In this document: one piece after another, positions 38,501 to 49,835 of the stretch
Layout: every line of letters starts with the position of its first letter
Numbering within the stretch: position 1 is the stretch's first letter
Assembly: GCA_000934665.2 (NCBI GenBank)
Contig: JYFJ02002291.1
Coordinates: 1 to 59,856, forward strand
Direction of reading: 5' to 3'
DNA: 59,856 bases
Source of the DNA: Catajapyx aquilonaris
Lineage: Eukaryota
Made by a program: the position numbers and the translations under genes
Notes under the pieces: generated by a model
The model's database searches: none
Told to the model about the DNA's origin: nothing
The model's input: the letters and a program-made list of their open reading frames with translations, nothing else

Positions 38501-40917
38501 ATCTCTCTTTGGAAAATATATGTAAGGAACGCATTAAATAGTATCAGTCATTGTGCAAGTCATGAAAGTGTCATTATGATAAAACCCAGAAAAATTCTCC
38601 TGTTTTTATGCATGAAAGCCCAAATATCAATTCTTTATGTGTCAACACAATGAAGTTATTTCTTCAACCACAATGGGTCATAAATATTGTTTACAATGCG
38701 GTCAAGTTTACCAAGATTTCCAGGCTCATACATGTCAACTTTTCATTCATTAGATTTTACTCCAGAGGTTCACACACCTGAAGAAATGAAAATGAGTGAC
38801 CTGGAATATGAATTCCCATCAGGATCAAGCATCAGTCTGCCTCAATGTGCACTCAATGTAACTGGTGTCAACGACATGTGGAGGGCAACATTTTTCACCT
38901 TCTACAAGATGCATCAAATCCTAGGAAACAACATGCTCTTGTGAGTCTCAATTTTTCCCCAGTCAATAAATTTATTGTAGGTCTGATCCATCATTAAATT
39001 TTTCAATACAGAAACCAGAGTGCGGGAGAAGGCAAAAACTTGAGCGGAATAGTAGTAAGCATACCGGTGGGGACATTACTAGGCAGCCATGAAAGTGTTA
39101 AATTTCCTCACGGAAAAGCTCTAATTGAGTTAAGGCACGTGTACAGACCCAGAGAGCACAACCTGAGCAATCCCAGATGCGTCTTTTGGGACACGGATCA
39201 CAGCACATGGAGCGCGGTAGGCTGTTCGCTCACATCACATCGCGAAGAGTACAGCAGGTGTGAATGCAGCCATCTAACCAACATGGCAGTGTTGATGGAC
39301 TACACTGGTGCTATACACAGAGGAGGAGAGGTCGGTTTTACACTGCTTTAAAAATGGATCAAATAGTCCCACTTAACCTCCTGAAATCTGTACACATAAT
39401 TTGTTAATGTCAATTTAAACGAGTGTAACTACTTTTCAGTTCGAGTCAGCCATAACCATAATCACGACAGTCGGCTGCAGCATTTCCATAGCGTGCTTGA
39501 TCACGGCTCTGATCATCTTCTGGGTGGTTGGATTGGGATCGAACCTGCGAGTCACTATTCACGCCCATCTCTGCCTGTCACTACTGGTGGCTCAGGTGAC
39601 AATGGTGTTCGGACTAGACGCCACTGGAAGCAGGGCAGGATGCAAAGCTGTTGCGATACTGTTGCACTACTTCTTTCTGACCGCCTTCTTCTGGATGTTG
39701 CTGGAAGGATATCAGCTCTACAATATGATAATTAGGGTATAAGTCATTTTGCTGTGAAGTGTGATTTGCAATGCCATGATCAAATCACCATTCCATGTAG
39801 TAATTGCAAAGTCAAAAAAACTCATCAAAACCAATTATTATAATATTGTGCCCCATTGAAGTTTCTCACTGAATAATTTCAAAACATTCTGTGCAATTAT
39901 TGAGCTCTTGGAACAAACTCTTGCAGGTATTTGACACAATGGGTCTGCGAAAGTGGAAGATTTACCTGACAGGTTATGGCCTGCCACTTGCTATAGTGTC
40001 GATATCAGTAGCTGTACGTTGGGATGGTTATGGCACAAGTGAATAGTAAGTAATAATTATCGGAACAAACAATTTATAACGTCTTACCTACGTATAACAT
40101 GTGCATGCATTCTTGCAGTTGCTGGCTAACCAGAGAGGATGGGCTGATTTGGGCATTTTTGGGTCCTGTAGCCGCAATAATTTTGGTGAGTTTCCTTTCA
40201 ATTAACATGTCTCAGTTAAAGCAGTGAAATGTTTTCTTGCAGACGAATATTGTTATCTTGGTGGTTACTTTGCGGACTGCCCATAAGGCGATGCAGAAGA
40301 GGGAGGGTCGAGCCATGGCCACTAGGTCGTCCCTGGTCTACTTGAAGGGCTGCGTGTCGCTTATGATACTCTTGGGAGTCACTTGGGTGCTCGGCCTGTT
40401 CCTATTCGCAAATGGTAACCTCACAAAATGGTGCACTGATTGTTTTTGACAATGTGGTACAACATGATCAATTTTTTTTAAAGAACCGACTGGTGTCATT
40501 CAAACGCTGGAAGTGGTTTTTGCAGTGTTAAATTCACTTCAGGGAGCCTTCATATTTATCTTCCATTGCATTTATCAAGGAGATGTCCGAAGAACATTGC
40601 GAAGGAAAATTGACAGGAAGTTCAAATGGCTGTCTCAGGTAAACTCCACTTTTAGCACAATACATGTAAAGAAGCGTATGAATGCAGTAATTGTAACATT
40701 AAAATATTAGCAATAATCATGCTCTCTGTCATGTACTGACATTCCTAAATTATTAGCCCTATAACGCCTTCCATTGTGAATAATTCTTGATGAAATAATT
40801 AATGTCTTGATGAACTATGTCGCATTACAGGTTACTACCACATTCAACGGAAGCCAAACGACTAGCAGCACAACCCGGAAAAACACTCTTCCCACAGTGG
40901 TTCAGAATAGTATTTGA
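35545..40917 (+). CDS. Adhesion GPCR D (as B, with expanded ~220-aa mucin stalk)
   Basis: Signal exon MRFFSLGVIFAVTVPFCAG and the same exon series as B. ORF 39497-39742 is identical in protein to 29218-29463. GPS SHLTNMAVLM; TGA at 40915-40917. Confidence 0.93.
37404..37700 (+). repeat. Coding 114-bp tandem repeat (38-aa Thr/Ser unit) in the stalk of aGPCR D
   Basis: Unit QSTQISTTKTASTSTEPTTIKSTQISSSTTSSTTEPTT starts at 37404 and 37518, with a partial unit at 37632. Confidence 0.9.
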
Positions 40918-41269
40918 AATCTCCAGGAATCGCAACGGTTTATTTAAATTTCTTACTGAAGTACAGGGTGACTAAAAATTATCCTACTACTTTCTGTAGA
41001 CCTACCTCACAGCGTTCCCCATCTTTCAATAAATACTTGTTCACATGTATTTCACTTAAAAAGAAATTTCCCGAACTTAGTCAAGCAGTGTACTAATTAA
41101 TAACAGTATTAACTCACAACATACTCATCCCCTTTTACTTCTGTGTTTGGATAACTTTCAGCAACCTGTAGTAAACTTCATAGATCAGCAGTTGATTTTG
41201 GCCGACAGCTCCTGTCAAACTTTCATTATTTTGATTATTTGTCTTGGACATTGATTATTTTCAGAAAAA

Positions 41270-41830
41270 TCACTAGTTATCGCACAAAAGGAGATAATAC
41301 AAACTTCACTATTCCGTTCTTGAAGTTCACCACCAGTGCGAACAATCAGTGTTTGCAGGGAACGACAGCATGATGCAAGCAGACCTGCACAAGTGTCGTC
41401 CAGATGAGGTGCATCGTAGATGCTAATAAGGTAGCGGAGGGATATGGTAACTTCGGTCTGGAGAAGAAGGCCTGGAAATCTTCTGAAGTTGGACTTGATG
41501 TGGTATCCATGGGAGTCGGCCTCTCATGAAATTTCCATAATTATCAACTCTGTAAGTTGCCGAAGAGCTCCTACCACAGTCAGCAAGTTGGTCTGGGATA
41601 TTCCCTTCATGTCCAGGGAGTCAAAGTCCAGGGAGAGAACGTCCATTTTCTTACAACCTGCCAGCAATTCATAGGAACGATCTTGCCACATACCATGTGC
41701 ATTGTGCAATCAGGTCTGAAATGTACTTTTTGTCAAGTGTCAGATGGGGTCACGGTTCAATTAACGGTCCAAAATAACCTATATGACCTGAGGTAGTTGT
41801 AATCGTCTCTGGAGAAAAACTTGGAAATCA
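41270..41830 (-). pseudogene. Degenerate RNI-like/F-box-type LRR gene fragment
   Basis: Repeats LLAGCKKMDVLSLDF, VVGALRQLTELIIM and LLASCCRSLQTLIV, interrupted by stops; no introns evident. Confidence 0.5.
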
Positions 41831-42014
41831 AAAGCAATGGGGTCGTTTTCATATGTTTATTTACATTAAAGCCGCGGTAAACCGGATTCAATATCATACG
41901 GTCAGTATAATTCACGTAAATTACAATACAATTCCACTATGATTACCGTTACAAAATAAAGATTATACAACTCACTCACAAACTTAGGGAAAGGCACTAC
42001 ACAACTACACTGCA

Positions 42015-42790
42015 CTGCTTGTCATCTAGGTTCAATATAGTCTGGATGAACCACCTGAATCTCTTGCTCCCAATCCTCTGGCAGGACAACCACCACTCGA
42101 TTCTCCCGACGTTTGATGTTGATAAAGATGTTCGACTGGCGAGGGCGGCGGATAATATCCACCTGCATCATATCGGAAACTTCAAGTTTCAAAATTGCTT
42201 GTTGGTCTTTAGAGACCGCCAAATATGGTTTCTCTGGCACTCTGGGACTATAATGGCCGATACATTCTCGTTTACTATAGCAGGCCAAGAAATCACTATC
42301 TTTATAAAGATCAAAATGTGCTTCCATTTGTTTGTAAAGGTATTGTGATTATTATCTCGAGTTGGTAACAAGTTGGTATGACACCATCGCATCGATACCA
42401 TTTTAAAATATTTTTAGCAATCAGGAGGGTTAAGAAATGCAGGTCAGTGGGTAAAATAGTCGACACGTTGTGTAAGGAATCTAACAACGCTCTAGGTGAT
42501 AATAAAGATGGGTGCAAGAGTCCAATATTAAGTTGTTGAAAAGCATGAATAATTAGTTCAGTAACAGCATGTCTGGCTTGGGACAAAGAGGCATGCAACA
42601 TTCGGGCTCCTGTATTAAAGGCTGATATTTCTCCCGTAATAGTTTTAAGTGTTTTTTTTGCAACTTCACCACATCGAAGTTCAAAATCAATTTCCAATTG
42701 TCTCCGGATATTGTTAGTTCTCTCCTCTTTATAAACAACAATCCAGACTGGTGAGTGTCCATCTTGCTCAACCCTCCTTGGTCCTTTCCT
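42015..42790 (-). mobile_element. LTR-retrotransposon envelope remnant (baculovirus F-like fusion protein)
   Basis: Frameshifted colinear blocks SGLLFIKRRELTISGDNWKLILNFD, GLLHPSLLSPRALLDSLHNVSTILP, LEIIITIPL, FDLYK and PEKPYLAVSKD resemble F-type env proteins. No gag, pol or LTR seen. Confidence 0.7.
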
Positions 42791-43030
42791 CAGCATGGCT
42801 ACCAAGTCTGCACATCAGCATGAACCCACACATCATGGCGATCTGAAAGGACAGCTATTACTATCATGTTCCAATTTCAAGGGTTATAACAGCACGGTGC
42901 ACCGTGTAATGTATGTAGGCTACATCTATGTATACATGTAGTATGTAACATAATGTACAGTACATATATGTAATATAATTATGTGCACATGTAATGTGTG
43001 TGGTCTGCACATCATTATGTCAAGACATAA

Positions 43031-43189
43031 GGTAGGATCTTTTAGGCTAGTTTCCGCCAGCAGCTGCGGCGTCTGTACCCAGGCATCCTACTGCCCCCAA
43101 GGGAGAACACCGGAGAGTCCGAAGCCATCCCATGATGGCCGGATGAAGAGCTTCCGGCGGAAACTTGCCTTCAAACAAAATCCCCTACC
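43031..43189. repeat. GC-rich foldback element with imperfect terminal inverted repeats
   Basis: AGGCTAGTTTCCGCCAGCAGCT (43045-43066) vs reverse complement AGGCAAGTTTCCGCCGGAAGCT (43149-43170); internal hairpin GCCATC-CCAT-GATGGC. Confidence 0.5.
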
Positions 43190-43853
43190 GTCTCTCCAGG
43201 CCAGATTATCATAGATCAGACTGTAGATATATTCTGAAAGCGCACGTTTTGGACTATCCGAATAACTCACTTCCTGATTTTTAGTCGTTGTCCCACGGAC
43301 CTTTTTTTCGCGCCTCAATAATGGCCAAAATGATGTTTCTTAAAAATACGACTGTTAATTTCTCCGAGTTTATAATTATATTGTACAACGCTAACTAATT
43401 TGCGAGATATCAGGTACATGGATAATTATGTCTCCGACAAGATATAATATTTGCAAATTAATATAATTTTATGGCTATAATTTTTTTCGAAACAGAGCAA
43501 ATTTTGCCAAAAATACACATATTGCGGAGGCTGTAACTCATCATACAATACATATATCGCATAAATGATGACATCTCCAAATTTCAGGTCCTATGATCTG
43601 AAACAAATGTTCCATGAGAAGAGTCGCTACGAAGCGTAATTTTTGAGATATTCGATTCTATGAAAGTGGCTCGCTTTGAAAGTTGCAATTTGCCCCNCCC
43701 GGACATACATAATGTAATGTGTGAAATGTGGTGTGTACATGTACGTAATGTAATATGTGTACATCTACATGTGTAATGTAACGTATGTATAGTCTACGTG
43801 TATGTAATGCAATGTAATGCACGTATACCGTACAAGTGCGTCATGTATGCGTA

Positions 43854-44004
43854 CTATCGGGTTCAAATACTTTTGGCCACTTTATCCTGGTCTTGAAGCA
43901 ACCCTTCGCGCAGACCCCACGTTAAGGAGACTGTGTGTGTGTAAAGGGTTGCTTCAAGACCAGGATAAAGTGGCCAAAGGGCCAAAAGTATTTGAACCCG
44001 ATAG
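43854..44004. mobile_element. Tc1/mariner-type MITE with ~53-bp TIRs and TA target duplication
   Basis: TA|CTATCGGGTTCAAATACTTTTGGCCACTTTATCCTGGTCTTGAAGCAACCCTT is mirrored at the right end (...TTTGAACCCGATAG|TA); the right arm has an extra 8-bp GGCCAAAG. Confidence 0.88.
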
Positions 44005-44199
44005 TACATGATGTATGTAATGTACCGGTATATGTACTGTACATGTACCGGACTACCGGTATGTTGTGTATGTACTGACTATGTACCAGCTGCTACGGCT
44101 ACTGCTGCTACTGCTACTACTATAGGCTACTACTACTATACCTCCTCCTCCTCCTCTTCTGACTCCAATACTTGTGGATAAGCTTCAGCCACTTCTTCA

Positions 44200-44560
44200 G
44201 ACGGCTACTCAGCTACACTTCAGACTAGGACACGACCAGAACCGCCAAGAACAAACTTGGAGAAAGTGATCTTTGCAGTTTGCCCCCTGCTGTCTTTATG
44301 GGGAGTTGGGCACCCCCAGTGTTTCCTTTTCCCTCCTGCACCTCCTCCCGCCACCACGGCACCAACCCTCCCGACAACATCCTGCTGGACAGCTGGAGGC
44401 TAGAGACTTATTAGCCCTCGTAGTAGTTGTCAAAGTGGTTTGTGAGAAACAAGCTCGGTGTGGACGAAATATGAAAATGTCACTTGAAGCACCTTCCTGA
44501 TGACACAAGCCCAGTCAGCCACTCTCAATGACAATTATTACTGATAGAGAGGCTCATTTT
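44200..44560 (-). mobile_element. Possible decayed piggyBac-like transposase C-terminus
   Basis: GKRKHWGCPTPHKDSRGQTAKITFSKFV resembles a decayed piggyBac Cys-rich tail (KRKRC..CP..KDRK....C.KC.KFVC). Several Cys are lost and the frames are broken. Confidence 0.3.
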
Positions 44561-44730
44561 ATCCGAACAAAATGACTTTGATGGCCGTTTTCCCCCCGAT
44601 TCAAAGCAGTTATCGAGAGATGACTTTTGAGATTGGCTCTTTCAAGTGTGCCGACAGCATGTTACGGCAGGGTGGGGCCAAATGCTTTTTGCGACAGTCT
44701 GGCTCACAGATGGGCTCATAGCGAGACGGA

Positions 44731-47700
44731 ATGGACGCATTGTATATTGTACTGGTTACTCTCAGTACTCTTTCGGTGTATCCCAGCGATGTTGGTAAGC
44801 AATCGCAACATTTATTACAAATCAGAGCAATAAATTTTGTCAATAATTTTATTTCACCAAATTCAAAGTAAGAGAACAAAGTGCTCTAGCTCTGACTTGG
44901 ACATAATTTTCACTAAAACTAGAACAACAACCATTATTAGGAGTATGTACAGTACATGTTGTCATCTAGGCAATAAGACGAATGTGACAGCACCACCAGA
45001 ATCAAGGAAACAACAGCCACAGACATCCCCGTCAAAAGCTACAAGTCATCCACCTACTTCAACCACATTTCACTCGTCACTAACCACACCAACGACGACA
45101 ACGACAACGGCATCGGCGACAACATCGACTAGACCGACATCTGAAACGACAACGACGGTGACGACAGAAACAACTCCAGCACACATGAACATGTGTCGAT
45201 CATCTGAAATAATCCAAGGCTTGAACTGGGGGCCGGTCGCCCCGGGTCGGACCCAAATACAGAAATGTCCATCAGATTGCGAAGGACAGGCGATGTGGAC
45301 ATGTGGACAGGACGGACATTGGTTGACCCCGTATCCGGATATGAGGTATTGTAAAAGGGAAACACATGCTCATGTCCACATTATGATTGTCGTGATTGTC
45401 TTTGCAATTTTCAGCAATTGCAGCGCATTCGAGTCGGACTGGACACAAGCAGTGACTCAGCTGAATGGAAGTGATTCTGCTTATCAAGTTATGACCAGTC
45501 TGGCGGCCAGGATCATGAAGAAGGAGTCCAGGTTTCAAGCGGGTGACGTCAAACATGCAATCCAAGTCTTGAGCATGTCGTTAAAAATGCAAAAATCGCA
45601 ATATCGACAATGCATGTCGTACAGAAATCCGTAAGTCGCTAACGGTACATTTTTATGCAGAAGTGTCACCATTTTGATGGCCAAGTCTACAAACATTACA
45701 AGCCACTAATAATATTGGGTGGAATTTTCGTCCCACTACTAGCTACTGCTAACAGGCTGTTAGCAGTAGCTAGCAGTGGGACGAAAATTTAACCATTATT
45801 AATAAAAAAGTGATCAAAGTCATCAATCAAAAATATTATGTGAAGTCAGACATTCCGACCAAAAATGTACTAGATCATTCATTATTATTTACCCAAGATT
45901 ATCCTCAATCCATATTCTTTATAACTTATAATTATGTCTTCCCATATCAGCAAACAGACTTTATCTGCAAAGTGTAATCAGATCTGGTATTGCCAACGTC
46001 CGGTTCCATTAGCAAGTACTTGAACTGGAGAGTACTCCAATATGCTCATAAATTCAGTAGATATAAAACTTAGATTAAAACGTGATGTCAACTTTAAATA
46101 GAACTGACTGTAAAATTAAACTACAAGTAGATTACGTATAAACATCAAAAAACTAGTGCAGAAATTGTATATAGTGTGGCACAGATTTTGATTGAAATGC
46201 TGCTTTGCTAAAATGTGAACTGTAATATTTATTTATTTATTTATTTATGTTACCCCTTACGAGGCCATAGCCCTTTTGGGGGGGGGGGAATGTGAACTGT
46301 AATACTCGTGTTATACTTTGATATCGGTTTACTTATTTGAAGGAAAAAGTGCGAAGAGGAATCACGGACGTACACTGAAGCATCTCTGAACATGAGTGGA
46401 GCGTCTCTGGGTGCAACAATGGCTTGGCTGACCAACTCTGAGATGAATCAGATGGCTTCGGATTTCTTTTTGATCCTGGAACATGTAGGATTTCAAGCTA
46501 CAGAGGCAGCAGTCACGCAGAGAAATTACTACACGGACAATATTTGTGAGCCAATTATTTGCATGCTTTCAATGAAAGGACATGAAGAAATATTTGTCTC
46601 ATACATAGCAATGAGCTATATGAAATGCGACTTTTTAAAATACAATAATACGAGTCAAGTATTGTTATCATCTGTTACAGATTTTACACCAAAGTCCTGC
46701 GCTGTTGGCAACGTCACCAGAAATAATCTTCAGTATTCATTTCTATCCGGATCGATCATTATTCTGCCCGAGTCCAGTGTTAAAGATGGATCCGTCAACG
46801 ACACTTGGACTGCGACTTTCTTCACTTTCTATAAAATGCACTACATTTTAGGAAGCAACATGCAAATGTAAATTCACGTGTTTTAAAATTAATTGCCATT
46901 TGGAGGGGGGTAAAAAGCGAAAAAGCGACAGTGTGTACGATATACGGTTATTGGAACAAACGTTTCACCATAATGATGCATAATGTTCTAGTGTATTCAT
47001 GATCATTATTTTGGCAGGAATGACTACATGAATATGGGACAGAATCTGAGCGGCATTGTTGTCAGTGTCCCGATAGGAACTTCGTTGGGTCTTCCAGGAA
47101 GAAGTGTCCGATTCAGCAGCGGTAAAGCCAGATTGGTCCTGAAGCACGTGTACAGTCCGACCAAGTTAAATCTGACCGGTCCAAGATGCATGTTTTGGGA
47201 TGTTGACCAGAGCTTGTGGAGCGACCATGGCTGCTATTTGGTTTCGTGGGGAGAAGACAGCAGCATGTGTGAATGCAACCACTTGACAAACATGGCCGTA
47301 CTGATGGACTACGCCGGTGTCATCCATCACAACAGCAGACAAGTTAGTAGAAAATGAGTAACATATAATATTGGTTGGTAATTCCAACAGTGCATGCTGC
47401 GCGAACTGTGGTGCGCACTCGGTTGCGCTCGTTTAAAAAAAAATCTCGTTTTCATATGTTTAAATACATTTTGTGGCTATTTTCAGTTCGAATCGGCAGT
47501 GACTGTGATCACCAATATCGGCAGCTGCATTTCCATAGTTTGTCTGATAGTGGCCGAAGCCATATTCGCGGTGGTGAGATCATCCGGAAATATGAGGATC
47601 ACTATCCACATTCACCTGTGCGCAACTATCCTGATCTCTCAGGCCATATTTTTGGCAGGATTTGACGCCACGGACAATCCAGCAATTTGCAAATCTGTGG

Positions 47701-48695
47701 CTATATCTCTTCACTATTTCTTTTTGTCCTCGTTTTGTTGGATGCTGATCGAGGGTTACCAACTCTATGTCGTGATTATCAAGGTGAATAATAAAATCCG
47801 TATAGAGATCATAACTCTCTTTAAAATGTATACCGATTATCATTTAGGTGTTCGACACGACTGGGTTTAAAAAGCGGCTGTTTTATTTAACCGGATATGG
47901 AATACCGCTTGTAATTGTTGGACTATCTGCAACAATACGATGGGACGGATATGCCACGCCTGAATAGTAAACAATTTTGCATTAAAATTTGTGGCTTAAA
48001 TCTTAATTATTATTATGTTACAGCTGCTGGTTAAGCTACAGCGACGGATTGATATGGGCTTTTCTTGGCCCCGTAGCTGCTATTCTCCTGGTGAGTTTTA
48101 CATCAAAATATTTTTTTAAAAAAAGGCCATTCACATTAATTCTGAAATGACAATTGTTGCAGGTGAACTTGACAATAATGGTGGTGACCTTGCAGACAGC
48201 TGGTAGGGCAATGAGACGAATGGAAGGCAGAGCGATGGCCATGAGATCTCCCATAGTCATGTTAAAAGGATGCATGTCCCTCATGGTGATTTTGGGAGTC
48301 ACATGGCTCTTTGGGATCCTCCTATTTGCGTTTGGTGATATTAATATTCAATACATGCATGTCACAAGTGATGGATAATAATTAATTATTGTCGAATTAT
48401 ACTTTGCAGTGTGGTCGGATGTTGTTACACGAGTGTTGGAAGTTGCTTTTGCAATCATGAATTCACTTCAGGGAGCTTTTATATTCATATTCCATTGTGT
48501 GTGCCAGAGAGATGTGCGGAACACATTCAAAAGGAAGGTTGAAAAGAAACTGCAATTGAAGACTCAGGTATAGCTGGCTACTGAGCTTAAAAGTTAGTGT
48601 GAAGTTTTTCAAGTTTTTAATAATCGCAGGTGTCAATCACTCTCACCAGAACTCAAACTAGAAGAAACGATGCGGATATTGTGAGGTCAACTTAA
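44731..48695 (+). CDS. Adhesion GPCR E: lectin-less (signal, ~75-aa Thr stalk, HRM, GAIN/GPS, 7TM)
   Basis: Putative signal exon 44731-44794 (MDALYIVLVTLSTLSVYPSDV, phase 1) splices to 44970 (GNKTNVTAPP...). HRM CRSSEIIQGLNWGP...PYPDMSNC; GPS CMFWD...CECNHLTNMAVLM; HYFFLSSFCWMLIEG. All downstream exons are in frame to TAA 48693-48695. The 5' exon is less certain than the rest. Confidence 0.88.
45714..45798. mobile_element. MITE-like family 1, copy 2 (intronic)
   Basis: Palindrome AATTTTCGTCCCACTACTAGCTACTGCTAACAG-G-CTGTTAGCAGTAGCTAGCAGTGGGACGAAAATT. Confidence 0.75.
46228..46288 (-). mobile_element. Severely 5'-truncated non-LTR retroelement 3' end with (TAAA)n tail and 16-bp TSD
   Basis: Direct repeats AATGTGAACTGTAATA at 46212-46227 and 46289-46304 flank (TTTA)n plus ~40 bp of unique sequence. 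Confidence 0.8.
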
Positions 48696-49429
48696 CCAAC
48701 AAATTATTGCAGAACTTGTGTAAACAACACTGATGGATACAACATACACTTTTATTGAAAAATGACCAAAAAAATATACAACAGATTTGAAGAACATAAC
48801 TTCTCTTAGAGTGAGAAACTGGGTCTTTGTCGTGTTACGCCTTCCTTAATCATAATTCTGAATCTTGGCTGAGAAATCAGTCAAGGTGGACAAGTTGTTT
48901 TTTTTCGTTTGGAGACTTGGACAAATCCATAAATGTACAGTGCCCCACAAAAATATTTAACTACTAACTACTTAACATATTCATAGGAATTCGGCCACTT
49001 CAGGTTAAGGTCACAGGGTGCATTATGACTGTACTTTCTTTTTTTAGTTTGTACTTTGCCTGCTTACATTATTATCATACTGATGAACATGAAGGGTCCG
49101 AATATGATTTCAAATTTACTGTAAGACAATAATTTAATTAGGAATTGCACTGACTAGTGCACTAATACGGCATCTATGTGATGTTATTCCCAATCTATTT
49201 ATTTGCAAGCAATTAGGTCGAATTATTTAATTATTATCCATCTTCTAAGCAATACAATGCATTCCTCTTTGCAATAAAAGTGGAATATGTTAGAATACAT
49301 TTATTGCAAACTAGGCGTAAAAAAATGTATTGGTAATGTTTCCGATCACGCTTCAATTTTACAAATAAATATGATCGAACTCGTGTGGTTCACCTGAGGG
49401 TGATGTAATTGACCGACTTATTTACACCA

Positions 49430-49806
49430 ATAACGTCATGATCTGACGTCACAGCAATCACGAAAGGGGTGTTTTCACTTCTCCGCCCAAATGATTAGAT
49501 GCGTCATACCTTCCCACGGCGAGTCTTACCCAGAAAATGACGTGTATTACACGTCATTTGAACGGTCCTTGCCCCTGACCCCGATCCGCGGTATATCCCA
49601 CGTACAGCATCCAGTAACTGCACTTGCGCAACCCAATCTTCGGTGTGTGTGGAGTAGGTGTCTTTTACACTTTCCCTTGACCAACTTGGGTCACACTCGT
49701 AATCACCCTTTACGTCACTGGTGACGTAGTGTCCGGGGCAATCCCCAAAAATGTAGCACGTTTGGTGCCAATAAATACTCGAACCCTCTGATCGAAGTGC
49801 ATCAGA
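49430..49806 (+). promoter_or_regulatory. Crustin-like gene promoter with CRE/ATF cluster and kappaB-like site
   Basis: TGACGTCA at 49444-49451, plus ACGTCA/TGACGT at 49433, 49538, 49551, 49712 and 49722. GGGGCAATCCCC at 49735-49746; ATAAATA at 49771 about 30 bp before TCAGAC. Confidence 0.5.
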
Positions 49807-49835
49807 CAGGTAACGGATATTCACCAGAGTACACC

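Noticed and set aside
25314..40917. B and D as an assembly haplotype artefact
   Set aside because: Their 5' halves, stalks and several introns differ substantially, and a distinct copy C lies between them. Long-read confirmation is still desirable.
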